Shown here in pieces: positions 40,604-54,800 of a stretch of DNA of 64,000 nt. Made by a program: the position numbers and the translations under genes. Position 1 is the stretch's first letter; each line of letters starts with the position of its first letter. The notes below the pieces were generated by a model. The model made no database searches. It worked only from the letters and a program-made list of their open reading frames with translations, and was not told the DNA's origin. Source of the DNA: Enoplolaimus lenunculus (Eukaryota); contig JASANG010003765.1 of NCBI GenBank assembly GCA_030248215.1, positions 186,001 through 250,000 on the forward strand, given 5' to 3'.

Positions 40604-43023
40604 TCCAAGTTTTTCAGTAAGAAAATCAAATTAATCACACGTACTGCACGTGGCATATAGCAAATTTCGAATACGGTACGCAGCAAAGCAAAAATTATTC
40701 GCAATCATAAACTTTAGTATATGCTGTTTTATAATTCCTTATATATTGGCACACGTGCTGTACATTTCTCACACTTATGGTCGTTTGTAACGCTCAGCAT
40801 TTCCATATGAAAGATTCTTGTGCAAGAATGAAGTGTGAAATAGCCAATTATGGGTTCATGTCGTTTATTGTTTTTACGATAAACGTGCTGTATGTATGTC
40901 GAGCTTTTTTGCTAATTTACAGCAAATGATTTCATCGGAGATAACGAAATTACACAAACTAAAGCGTGCAATAATTCTTACAGCACGAATGTGAAATGAA
41001 TGTGAAGTTTTATCCACCGGACAATTTTTATTAGCATGATTATACAGCAGGTTTAAACAGGTTCTGTCACTAACATTTTGTAGTAATTTTTAAGATTAGA
41101 TTGCTATTCGGATGTGAGATACGATAAGAAATACATGCTAGACTTATAATATGTCTCGAAAGTTCCAAACTGCTATGTAAATGCTAACGAATTCTTGGAC
41201 GAAATTTAAGTGCTGAGTGAATGGCGCTAAGATTAGTTCAATCCGAAAGCTAGTTCACGAGTTACAGTATAGAAATAGTTCTGCCACCCTGCCTAGTTTG
41301 TCTTTTTTGGCAATGACTGAAAAATAATGCTAATGATTTTTAACGGAGTATGCACAGCACATCGTCAACAAACACACTTAATTCAGTTTAGTTACTTTTT
41401 TAGAAATTGTCTTGATTCGTTAATTTACGTATATAGTAGCGTGCGAACAGCTTACAAAGTTGTCAATTGCCGTTGAAATTATCATTTGTTTAGTAAGTAC
41501 TTGTTTGGACAAATACGATTATCCGAATATATGTTATATGTTTGCCGCAAAACAGATTCGCTACAAAGCCAAAAACCGATCGTGGAAAAATGTTTTGTTA
41601 AAATTGAATACTTAAATACGTGTTTATATTTTAAAGTGTCTCTTTCTTCAAACTTACTAAAAAAGCTGCAAACCACACCGGTTTCATGCTATAACCGGGG
41701 CAGGCGGGCACGGTTTATCCCACGTTAATTCTGCGTTAATATTTGGGCTCTTATATCCGGCCAACAGACATAACTCAAATGTCATATGACAGCTTACAAA
41801 CCACCGCTCTCAAATGATCAGTGTGTACAAGTGTTGGTATGTATCAATGGAACGTCTGTCGGCAGCGGCACGGATGTGCTTTAAAATACCAAAGAACACG
41901 CCGGAAAATATGTTTCCTACCCCAAATCGCTTAGAACTTCGGCTTCAAAATTCAAAAATTCACATTTCACATTCTAGTATCATATGATATCCAACAGTAC
42001 AATTTGAATGTGTTACCTCAAACATGCAGACATTGGAAAATATATCAACAAAAGATGACCTGCACATGATTATAGCAGAGAAATACAAATTGTTGAGCAC
42101 GATATGGGGTCTACAAGCAGACAAAATGTTATTCAATAGTGTAATAGGGACAAAACGTGTCCCAAGCTGCCCCGGTTATAAAGTTAGCCACGCATCATGT
42201 ACTATTTGAAACTAAAATTGTTGCCGGGGTTGTGAAGGGTTCAGTCAATTCAAAGCTCTAGTGCAAGTACTCGGATCTAAGAAATTTATATAAAAATAAT
42301 GATGTTAGAACTGCTGGTAGTTTTGTTCTTGTAACGATCGTTTTGAGTGTCAACCATTCGTTAGGAAGTGACAAGCTAAAACTACTGCTTACTGAATAAA
42401 AATTGAGGTTCAGAAACGAGTAAAACACAAAATGCATTTCTGATATCTGATGTTGAAAATTTAGTTTTATTTCGGTTATACGGATGTCGTAATAATCATC
42501 TGGCAGAAATTAAAAAAATATTCGATGCGCATCACTATTTATGATGCAAAATGATCTATAAGTTCGCTTAACTTTAACTGTCCTTCAATAAAGTTGTTTT
42601 TATTTACGTGTGTTGCGCCGTCTAAAAACATAACCTTTCCTATTTGCAACTGCTTATTCGATTACTTCGGTATGTTTACGTATTTATAAGTAAATTATTC
42701 ACATTTCTGACGGAGTTATTTTGCTGGTTGCAACAAATTGAGCGACGACGGCGTCTGAGTTTGAGTCTGCAAATTTCCAGCCGGAATTATGCGGGGTTCA
42801 CGTTATAAATGGGGCGATCGGGTCATGTTTTGTCGCATGTTGATCGACATAAACAAATTTTTGTTACCATCATATGATACGGACAGACAAAAGTCGAATA
42901 TCATGTGATATTGCTATACAAAGCACGGGTATTCATGTTATCTTAGCATACAAGTGTTCGAATGTCACGTGACATAATCAGACATTGTTGTATATATGAT
43001 ATTCCAAATTAACAGCATATACG

Positions 43024-43442
43024 TTCCTGCCAAAATTTGAATTTTCCCGCCAAATTTTGAATTTTCCCGCCAAAATCTGAATTTTTCCACCTGAATTTGA
43101 ATTTTCGAGCCAACAATAGAATTTCCCGCCAAAAATTGAATTTCCCGCCAAAATCTGAATTTTCCCACCTGAATTTGAATTTGCCGCCAAAATTTGAATT
43201 TTTGCGCCAAAATTTAAGTTTCCCGCCAAAATTTGTATTTCCCACAAGATTTGAATTTCCCGCCAAAATCTGAATTTTCCCACCTGAATTTGAATTTGCC
43301 GCCAAAATTTGAATTTTCAACCAAAATTTGAATTGGCCCGCCAAAATTTGAATTTCCCGCCAAAATTTGAATTTTCCCGCCAAAAATTGAATTTCCCACC
43401 AAAATTTGCTATTTTCCCGCCACAATTTGAATTTCTCGCCAA
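43024..43442. repeat. ~18-19-bp degenerate minisatellite (GAATTTCCCGCCAAAATTT), ~22 copies
   Basis: Direct tandem repeats with recurring variant blocks. Source of the NSNFGGK / IQILAG ORFs. Confidence 0.95.
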
Positions 43443-43553
43443 TTATAGGTCGATCATTATAAAACTTGATTTAGTCATTAATCACCTATATTTCGGGATA
43501 CGACACCGTCGGTTTCGGCGAATTTGAATCGGGACCCATCGGAGGTGAATTCA

Positions 43554-44710
43554 GCGGGTGCAACCGGAAGTGAAGAATGTCGGATCCGGAGGAAAGATCT
43601 TATGTAAACATTAGGTAAAAGATGAGCACAACGGCGTAGGTGGGTAAGTAGGTTTTGACCTTAACTGGGTAAGTTTTTATTTTGCGTATTTCATATTAAA
43701 ATTTCTGGTATAGGGCTACTTATGGGTTTTACATATTAGGAACTAAATGGCAAACCAAGTGGATGGATTGCAGGCACGTAGTGAGTGTTTAGTAATGGGG
43801 CTATTAGGACTTGTAGGTCCGTAGCCAGCTCAACGTTCTATGTGTCAGTATTTTAGATAGCAGTGGCAAACCAAGGTCAGTGTTCAACAACAAGTGTTTT
43901 TAGGCAGTAAAGGTAATCCTAGTGCAGGCTTACAGGCCTGTAGCCAGCTCAACCTGCCATGTGCCAGTGTTTTAGATAGCAATGGCAAAGCGAGCTCTAT
44001 GTGCCAGTATTTTAGATAGCAAATTGCAAATTAAGGTCAGAGTCCTACAACACAAGGGTTTTCAGGAAGTAAACGTAAATCCAGAAATTTCTTGAAGTGC
44101 TCATTCTCCATTTCTAACTACTGGCTTGGCCACGGGTGCTTGGTCGCTAATTTGAAGCGCATAACAAATAATATTTAGTATATATAATGTCCAGTTTTAG
44201 TAATTTTCGGATTCAATTCCCCGATAGGTCGACAAGTGCTTTTCTGAAACGGTTACGCTCTGAAATTGCAAAATTAAATTACCATTACCTCAAAATTTGT
44301 AAAATCAATTTCCCTTTGTAGCCGAAGGTTGACTTTGTTAACCAGAAATTGAACTTTATAATTTTTAATTTTAACTTCAATTTACTGTTTACTCGAAAAT
44401 TTTAAAACAACGTTTCCATATACCCGAAATTTCTGAAATCAATTACCGTTTCCTGTTTTGACTTTAAAAGTGTTCCCGAAATACTAAAGTTTTATTTCCA
44501 CACCTTGCACGCACCTTATTGTGGATGGTGCACAAGAATGATGCTTAATTAGTTAATTTTAGCCAATAATTTTTTCCTAAAAATTGTGACAAAAGTGAAA
44601 CGAAACGCGCTAAATAGATAAATTTTACAAAATTATGCAAACTATTACTACCGAAGTTTCCGGATCCTCCAGCAAAAATTTTACCGGAACCGGAGGCCGA
44701 TTTTCTGCCT
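43554..44710 (-). mobile_element. Interrupted inverted copy of the MITE at ~28195-28528, split by ~0.9 kb of other repeats
   Basis: 43554-43620 resembles the reverse complement of 28445-28528, and 44545-44710 that of 28205-28435. The intervening DNA includes an imperfect ~118-bp tandem repeat (43810-44085). Confidence 0.6.
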
Positions 44711-45875
44711 AGGCTGAACGATGCAAACTCGAAACGACCAAAATAATCGAAAACTAACGTTACGTCTCGCTGCTAACTTCAAACAACGAGATCAAAAGAA
44801 CGCTACCTTCTGCGCTTAAGCTAGTGTCGATGAGTTCCGTAAGGTCGAGAACCAAACGGAACCCGTCAGCGCTACAGTTAAGCATGCCTAACCAACGAGT
44901 TCAAACTAGCGGGAGGACCAACGAGAACCAGTCAGTTTGGCCAAACGAGCCAGAACGTTTAGAACAGGATGAAAAATATTTCCATTTTTAAGGGGAAAAT
45001 GCCAAGGCAAAATCCCTATGGGGAAAATTAAACTATCACAGCCAGTTGAATTCTTCCGGGGAAACATGCCAAGCTAGCAATCTTTTTAGGGGGGCGAAAT
45101 TCCAATGGGAAAACTATTCGTTTCTGTTATAGAAATACTGGAAGTAACGTTATTTATACGTTCAAAATTAGATTCAAATCACTTATATCTCGCAAATTTC
45201 AATATGTTGCAATTGTTCGAAATGAAGTAAAAATTACGAAATTATCCAAAATGATAAAAGTTTTGGTGCTTCCGTCATTTTTTCTTTAAAATTATAGAAA
45301 GGTTGAAGAATTTTGCACGTCTCAGGTTTGTTGGCAAAAAATAAAACATCTTTGAAACTTTTATACTTCAATATTCGTTTTCCGTTATTTCAATCGCTAT
45401 TCGTTTCCCGTTATTTTTACTTTTCGTTTACACCCTTGTAATTTCTGATCACAGGTCAGATATAATCCATATTGTAACCAGTGCTTTTCAAATTTCGCGA
45501 TAAGATACGGATTTTAAATTGGGGGTGTTGTTTGAAGGATTATCAACGAAAGTCTTTGAATTTGGCTTTTGTTGAAACTTTGCGTTAAACTTTATCGGTT
45601 AAACTTGGGTTGGCGTTTGGCAAATTAGCCGATGTTGTGGCAAACTTGAACTATCTTCAAATTCGGCTAAGGTCAGGTCGGCTTTGAGTTATGTCTAAAG
45701 AAATTATAGTCTTGTGGGATCTGTATATTATGGGTTTTAGTTGCCATGAATTATTTTTATAATAACGTAGTAGCTATCGTGTCGCATATTTGCTGTTTTC
45801 TTATCGAGCGCAACTGAGGTGTTTTGGTGAACTGCACACTGTTATTGAACAGAACCTGGTTATTTTTGCGTTGCA

Positions 45876-48800
45876 ATGCCTGTGACTACGACTGTGTATG
45901 CATGTAAGTGTTTCTATATTCATACTAATGTACTACGCTAGTTATGTTTAAAAGTATTTCATTATACCGGTCGTCTATTCAACATAGTTCTTTAGAACAG
46001 TTGTTAAATTTATGAACATGCGTTGTGTACAAATTGGATTGTATTCTGAACCAAAGAAATGAATGAATAACTGAAAAATTCTGATGTAATGTCTCAAATT
46101 TTCATTCCCATTTGGAACTGAAACGCTCCGCAACCGCAGGAAACTAGTTATGAAGGGATTGAATTTGAATTTCATTGACTTTCAAATAATTAGTGCAAAT
46201 TCCATCGTAGTGTGTGAACCCTTAGAATCGTTAACTGCTGAACACATTTCAGAAGGTCTGTATGGGATTTGAACGCAACCAGCTTGTATATTTGTAGCTT
46301 ACGTACCTATGTTTAGAAGATTGGGCGGAGTCAAAACGTTTTTGATATATTAAAGCATAGTTATATATATCGAAATTAACTTCGAATTATTCAAAGGCTC
46401 GTTTTTATATGTACTAAACTTTGATAAGTGGCTGATTGATAGTAATTTTTTCATTTGAAAATGTAATTTTAGTGCGAGGCACGGGTGGTATTTCTGTGCA
46501 TCATATTGAGAATGACCAATCAAGATCTCATATGTGCATTTTAAAGTAAGTTTTTGTGTTTTACTGCGCTTATTCCACTAACGTTTTCAGTGTAGATACG
46601 GTATTTAGACGTACCAGAGGCACGTTTTTATACATAAGAGTTAGCAACACTCGAATCAGCAATTAATAGTTGTTGGGGGTAAGTGTTTGGTAGTTAGAGG
46701 TTTGTAACTTAATACAACGACACTTAAACGAGGCTTGTTTTCGTGCTAAAACGAGCAAATTGTTTAAGTACGCACTAGTATGTCAGGTGGGGACAAAGCA
46801 TTCCGAACACAATGTTTAGGAAGAAATTATTTTGAATCTGTCTTGAATATTGTCATGGAGTAAAATACTTTTATCATTCTACAAAGGAAGCTGTTCGTAT
46901 AAATTCAGTGATACCGAGAAATTTTTCAAGCGTAAGCTTTGATTTATAAAATTGAAGACGTTCAGGTTTTGGCTTGCTTATTGTTAAATTTTGTTAAACA
47001 CCCATAACACCTGCGCATTTGAGTGTTGCGCACATGTGTATAAATACGTTGACTAGTATTATTTGTTATTTACAGCAAAAGTAACAACGAATATTGTCGT
47101 GCAATGAAATTTAGTAATGATGGAAACTATTTTGGATATTGTGATGGATCCGAGTAAGTTTATTCCTGTTGGTTAAATTTTTAAGTGTTTTTCATTTTTT
47201 GTTATATATTTTGCTACGATAACTTTTGGATTTGTTTAACTTTGAGAGACGAAACGTGCGATCTATTTCATTTTTGAACGGTTCTTATTTGAGTATCATT
47301 ACATGTTAGTGTTTTTGTTTTAGAACTGTTATCCTTCGAGCGGCGGATAAAACCAAGGTACTAGTGGCAGCAGACTTAGGAAGAACTCAGCAAATCCATT
47401 TTTCACCCAAGAATTCTGTTGTTTGCACGTTTGAAATATTTGCGTGTAAGTACGGCAAGCACAGTCAATTTTTTACGTGTGTTGGTTTGAAATGTTCCTG
47501 AAGATTTAAATTTTTGTAGTTCCTAGTGACCATTAACATTTATTATTTATTAGTATGGTCCGTAGTGGTCAAAATAACGCAGAACATGCTGTGTACTACA
47601 TGAAAGGGATGTTGCCATGTTTGAATTGAAACTTTTGCGATGTGACCCAATGTTTATTTCTACCCCAACGTTTATTTCTGCGTTTAAGATCAAATTTTTA
47701 ATTTGACTGACTATTAACAAAATTAACTAAATTGCAAACACATTCATTTTGAGATATGTAGTGTATTAAATGCAAGCTGTTCTCAGTGTTTAACTAGTCA
47801 CGAATAATTTCGCAAAACCCGGAGGAATTCCCGCTCCTGTGTTTTGCAACGCAAAGACAGGATCAGGAATCGAAATTTGTAGGAATTTCGGGCGAAACAA
47901 ACTTCTGGTGAATTGACAAACTGTTCCGATGCTATCTTTTAATAAGGCAGCGTCGTAACTCGTAAGGTTTCTGTAATGCATACCCGTTTAGGAGAGTGGG
48001 TTTGTCCATACCTTCATTTCATTACGCCCCTGAGGTGCATCAAATGAGTCAATTGTTTTAGTGCGCAACAATCAAAAGGAAGCCACTCCGAACTTAAAGT
48101 TATTCACATTGGGGGACAATTCAGAACTAGTTGCACAGTGGATTCAGAAAAAACAAGTTGAATGGTAATTTTTGCGACAGTTTGTAAATGACCGTTTTCT
48201 CCTATGCTATCTAGCATTATTTGGAGGTCTAAAATTATGTCGGCTTCAGTGTCAAGTGTGTATGACGAACAGTGTCAATCATATTATAATGTTTTAGCCT
48301 GAAATATGATCTCGCGCGTGCAGATTAAGTGACATGATTTAGTAGGGAGCTATCGGCCAAATGTTCGGCGCTAATCACCCTCAAATTTGGCGTTTAGGCA
48401 TCCTCAGTGGACCGATGATGAACGTGTTGCTTGCCGAGTATCCGGTTCGGAGATACACTTTCACGAGGCGAATAATTTTCAACGATTTTCTGCAAAAATA
48501 ACAGTTCCAGGTGTGTCAAATGTTTTACTGGCTCCTCAAGCAGCACCTGGCGGATCATATCATGTTGCAACATACGTGCAAGGTGTCAAAGTACGATATC
48601 TGTTAATTGTATAATATTACAATAGCATCGTACGGAACTTTCTAAAACGGTAAACATACGTATGTTTGAATCTAGCATCATATATGACGGTATGTTTCTT
48701 TCATTTTAGTGATTTATCTAAGTAATTAAAACTGTAATACCGCACATACATAATTTGGGTACAGCTAACAGACCCAGCTAATTATCCTTCGCTCGGTGCT

Positions 48801-51800
48801 TTCTAAGTAGTAAGCTAGCGTTGCAAATACTGCAAGCACGTGATTCTTCCGTGATTATAAAACGTCTCGCGATTACTGCGCTCATATTCTGTCCGTTATT
48901 GTGTATACTTTCACTAGTTATTATAGGGCGTAGATTTATAACTTATATATAGACTACAGTATACTCTCGTTAATTGATTTCAGGCAAATCCATGTTTTCT
49001 CAGAATTTATCAGTGTCCTATCGGCAATGTTAACGACGTAAAATCTAGCGCAGTTATTTCATCTGGTGGCGGTGGACCTGCTCCGGTGGCGAGTAAAAGC
49101 TTTTTCAAATCAGATCGAGCTGAAATGAAATGGGATCGAACTGGTGTGTTTAACGCTAAGTTGCAAAGCAGACTAAGAGTTGCGTCGGTGATACGATTTT
49201 TATTACCGCTATTGACTACCTTGGTTTTCACCATGGTCTCTGTACCACCTAGGGCCACCACTTGAAATGGTGGACTTGCTCCAGTGGCGATTTTTCAAAA
49301 CAGATCGAGCTGAAATGAACTGGGATCGAACTGTTGTGTTTTACGCAAAGTTGCAAAACAACCAAGAGTTGCCTCGGTGCTACAATTGTTATTACCGTAT
49401 TGCCTACCTTGGTTTTCACCAGATTATCTGTTCCAACTAAGACCACTGCTTGCGATTAAACGCTGGTACATCTCCAGAAAATATCTATATGTTCTGTGTC
49501 CTCTTGTCGCTCAAAGCAACAATGTCTAGCTGGAATGGGTGTTTTATACTTGTGGCAATTATAGAAGGTTGTGCAAGAAACAGTGTTTGCTTAAATTTCG
49601 GCTCCGTGGCATTTTATTTTATGATTTCGAGTTACATATAGATTTCTACGTACTTTTACGTCGTGTGTTTGCTGTAGATTTATATTTTTATGGCATGGAT
49701 CATTCTGGACATTGTTATTTGAAACCTTGAACGTATTCCAGTTTTATTGATGTTTTATTAAATCATATTCTTTGTTTTTTCACAAAAACAGTATACAATA
49801 TTTGGAAAACCTAACTTATAACGATGTCCAGCACATTTCATATTTTACATTGATGCCTTCAGGTACTGCACTACTGGCAGTAGCTCAGGCAGATGTAGAC
49901 GAAAGTGGAGCATCGTATTACGGAGAACAGACGCTTTACCTGCTGTTGACTCGTGGTGGAGAGAGTTTACGGATTTCACTAGGTAATTGCAAGGTTTAGT
50001 CGCCAAATCGCACAAGAAAACTAATGAGCTTGTAACCTCGACTTTCAATAGAAATTAATCTTGGAATAGAAAATATAAATTTTGAATTTAAACATTTCAT
50101 TACAAATCTTATTGGAATATTTGCTTTAAGCAAAGCAAATGGCAAAACTGGTATTTGACATTCATTCGACACCGACCCTACTATCAAAATGCCCATTGTG
50201 CTGTCAACTACTATGTACAAGTATATGGAAAATTTTAGGGAATTTAAATTTTGCTACTATCTGAAAATTGTTCGATGTTTTGTTTCTGAACGCATACATA
50301 CGTATGTGTATGACTTTGTTTTTTGTAACTTTTTCAGCAAAAGATGGACCTGTGTACGCCTACGAATTTAACCCAAAATACGACGAGTTTTGCGTTGTAT
50401 ATGGAAGTAAGTTCGACATGCAACTCGATGTTAAATATATAATCACTGCCGGAACTTGAAGCCGAATAGTTAAGTTTCGGTCGGAATCGTACACGGGTTT
50501 TAAAGCGGATGACGTGCTGAAATGTGCGGAAAATTGATTCTTATTCATTACTTCTGAATATTAAGGTTTTCGTTCCATCGACATTACAATATCCATTTAT
50601 GTTCGTGTGGTTAGGATAAAATAATGCTGGGTCTTTGTTTTGAAAAATGTAGTCGAAATACAAGTTCCTCATACCCATATATTTCTGCTGATTTATTGTA
50701 ACATGTGTATGACTGTTAGTGATATTTAATGATGCTAAATATTTTGCATGGTTCTGCCAGTTTATGTTTTTACAGCGATGCCTGCAAAAGCAACTTTATA
50801 CAACTATAAAGGCGATCCGAAATTCGACTTTGGGACGGGTCCTCGGAACGAAATTCACTACAGTCCATTTGGAAATAATATCCTTTTGTATAGTAATATG
50901 GAGTTGTATTAGGTTTGTAAGATTAGTATTGAGCTGAATTGTAAACAAACACGACATATTTTTCGCAACGAATTCGAAACTTAAAGATTATCATTCCAAA
51001 TAAAAGATTTAATGAGTATAATAATTATACTGATCTGCATTTCGCTACTGGTTGGGGGCCTCCCAACACATGGTCAATCCCTTTCACAAACTAAGTCAAT
51101 CTTACAAGGTTCAGCAACCCGCTCCGAAAATCCCCCTGGTTTCAAATTGTACATATAAATTTGGAAGATAACATATGGCGTTGGGCACCTCTGAACTAGC
51201 CAAAAGTGGATTTGCAAGATCTTTGAACTCTGAAGTAGCAAATCTAAGAAATTATGCTAAAATATGGTAACAAATTGTGAAACAATTTAAATTTCTACAC
51301 GATTTTTATTTTGAAGGCCTTCTGTCTTCTGTCAAGTATTTCCCTCACGCTTCACTCACCAAATAACACCGGGTAGAACCTGAGGGCTCCTTCGAAAACA
51401 CCCCTTCTCACTGGAGATTGAGCAAGCGAAATGCCATCTAGTAATAAACCTCAATACTATTCTGAACCACAGAACTTTCCTTAGTTCGTTGATATTATTA
51501 TTTAACTTATTGCGCTGTGCGGTTTTGGCAATTTACGTGGTGACATTGAATGCTGGACAACTGGATGCAATTGTCGTCAAGTATCTCGATTTATAGCCGA
51601 AGATACAACGCGTATGGATTGGGCACCAGATGGCGAGATTATTGCGTGTGCGACCACTGCACCTAGGCTCAGGGTTAATAATGGGTAAGATATTATTTAT
51701 GGCTGTTCTGGAGGTTGCAGCTTCACGGCGTAACGAGAATGTATGTACAAACAGAGACCCCGAGTCAGAAACTTAAAATCTGTAGTGTGTGGCTTTTTGA

Positions 51801-54800
51801 ATGATCTGGTACAAGTATTTAAATATAGAAACGATGAAATTCAAACGTCAAAAAGAGTCAGTGGCCATTATTTATGCCTGTCTGAAAAGCTATTTATGTA
51901 TTATTATGTATTGGAAGTTGTATTTTAGTTATGCGTCAATAAATTGTATATTATTTGTGTATAATACATACGTACAACAAGATTACGTAACACTCGAGAA
52001 GTCCACAAAGCTCTGATTGTATTCGACGCTAATTACGTACGATGGTACATTCTGTGCCACATAGTTTTATGAAAATTGCAATATTTTTGCTGAAAAGTTT
52101 TCGTCGACTTCTTGATCACACTAATTATAAATAGTGAACACTGCTCGTGTAACTTAATGTGCAAAATGTATAATATGTGAACAAACGTTTTGTTTTTCAT
52201 GCGGCTGTAAAATGTTATTGACGTTTGCGCAGTCCAAATGAATATAAGTGCAAATTTTGCATTGTTTCATTGATATATTAAGTGGTGAAACTAATGGCTA
52301 CGTGGTCTAGTGGTATGATTCTCGCTTAGGGTGCGAGAGGTCCCGTGTTCAACTCACGGCGTAGCCCGTTGTTTTTAAATGGTAATTTAAATTTGCGCAA
52401 TACATGTTATATTGTAGTTTATAACGTAAATTGAAAAAATTTCATAATATATACGACGATATTTTAGATTTCGATTTTATCACTATACCGGTAGTTTGCT
52501 GCACAAAAATGTGTTTCCTGAGAAAAACGAGCTTTGGGAATTCGAATGGCAGCCAGCTCCGGACGGCATGTACTCATCTCAACCTATTCGATATCAATCG
52601 AAAAATGATGCCGCTTCCTCCGCTGCAAGCGGCGCAGACCCAACATCATCACTAGCTGGAATAAGTACGAAACTTAGTTACCTTTGAGTTTTCACCCCCA
52701 CACTAGTGTTAATTTAATAGAACACGAAATTTTCATTCTACAGTGTTTATGCTATTACCTTATCACTGCTGTGTTGGCTAAGGCTCGAACTTAGGTTTAT
52801 TCTCTGGCTTAGGTTTGTTTATGCTCTGGTTCATTATATGTGTGAAAATTTATTTAATGTTGGGAGAAAGTAAACAATTACCGAAACTTGTAAATATTCT
52901 TCATTAGGATGCGGCGCGTCTTAGGCTTGAACCAGTCACCGATATTAGCTGAACCCCTAAACTTATTGCAACTAACGGCTAGTTTTTCACTGTTTCAGTT
53001 AATTTACTCATCAATCATGCCTGGCAACACAACCCATGGTTCTTAAAAATACAGGAACTGCATGTTGCAATTCATGCAGTGTATTTGGTTTATGTGCTTT
53101 ACGAGCGGTTTTAAATAAAAGAAGGGTTTAAACCAATTTTCTTGTTCGAGGTCGGCTTTGTGTTTTAAGCAGTTATAACCGTAATCAGTATTACGATCAT
53201 TTCCTGTTGGTTTTAGTTTAGATATTGCAAGTTTTTGTCTTTGTAGTTGAAAAAGGTGCCTATGTGCCACCGCACATGCGTGGGCAAACAAATCGGCCCA
53301 AGTTTACTATTCGCGAAGAAGAATTGCCTCAAAACATGAAACAGCAACAGGCCGATAAAAGTATGTATGTGTACGTACGTGTAGCATAAACACTGTGCGC
53401 TATATATTAACTAACGTATATACACTGTGCTGAGTTGCCCATAGTCAACTCTATGAGAAAAAGGGTTACAGATAATAGACTGAAAATTCTTCGCTTAACT
53501 TTTTATCACGTTGATATTTTCTATTTCATCTGAGACCTAATATTTTCTATTTTATCTGAGACCTACTTTTATGCTACGATTCGAACTCCAGCGACTGGAG
53601 TGGGAGGCGTTTACCATCACCACTCAGCTATAGGAGCTTGACGCTCCAGTCCGAGGGCTCTCACGTCTCGTTGTGATTTAGTACTATGTATACGTTTTGC
53701 AATTGTTAAACACTGTGCGCTATTAACTAACGTATATAACGTGCGCTGAGTTGCCCATAGTCAACTCTATGTGAGAAGGGGTTAAATAAACTTGTAGGGG
53801 AATGCGTACAAGAGCCCACGAGAATTTGATAATATATGTTTTACAACACTGTGAAAACCAATGGGCTTGCATATATATGATAGTGAGAACACATCACCGA
53901 AAACTATGTTTTAAGCTTGGTATAATCGGATGTCTATTTCCGTTTCCGGTAAAAATCGGTGTTCGTTTCAATTATAGAAATAGCGAATGTTTTCACCATG
54001 GAACAATAATTGTTCGATCACATAAAATTGACGAAATTCATCCAAAATTATGAAAAATTGGGTGCATCCGTTATTTTTTCCTTAAAATTTTTTGGAAAAT
54101 ACAAACAAAAAGGAAACACTTCCGGGCCTGTTTCGTTTAAATATCCGATTTCCGTTCCCATTTAAATTATTTTGTTTACTGTCCGTTTCCCCTATTTTAC
54201 TCTTGATTTACACAAGATCTTTCAGGTAACATGTCAAAGCAAGCGCTGAAAAATAAGAAGAAAAGGGACGCCAAAAAAGTAAATGAAGATATGGATTTCA
54301 GTCATGGACAGAATTAAGTGCACATAAACCGCGACTGCATCCACTGCTGTTGCGGTTGCGGTCTTCTAATCGCGTCGTTTTGGGTTATTAATTGCGGTTG
54401 CAGTCGCGGTTATTATAACCGCGTTCGCAGTCGCGGTTGTAACCGCGGTCGCAGTCGCAGTTACAACCGCGGTCGCAGTCGCAGTTTTAACCGCGGTCCC
54501 AGTCGCGGTTTTAACCGCGGTCGCAGTTGCGGTTAGTTTTGAGAAGTGTATAATAAACTGTACGTTTCTGGTACGAACTTATTAAAATTTGGACCGCGCA
54601 CCACTTGCGCTAATTTGCAAGTTGTTCAATTTTTTATAACCAGATTGATTGTGATAACATTTGACAGTATTGTTTTGCGAAACTGGTCAAAATCACTATT
54701 TGTACATTCGGAATTTTATGTGCCCATTATTACATTAATGTCAATAGTAAGAAAATTTTTTAAGTTTTTTGTAGCAACAAGCTGCTGCTGCAGTTGATGC

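Noticed and set aside
42965..43527. Five overlapping repetitive ORFs
   Set aside because: They are translations of the 18-19-bp minisatellite, whose unit lengths are not consistently multiples of three.
50505..50557. Possible box C/D snoRNA in EIF2A intron 9 (GGATGA...CTGA)
   Set aside because: The C box is imperfect, there is no terminal stem, the length is short, and the guide target cannot be verified without this species' rRNA.
54318..54536. RS/RG-rich ORF (NRGRSRSF)n
   Set aside because: It is a translation of a 24-bp minisatellite within an EIF2A intron; the gene model is complete without it.
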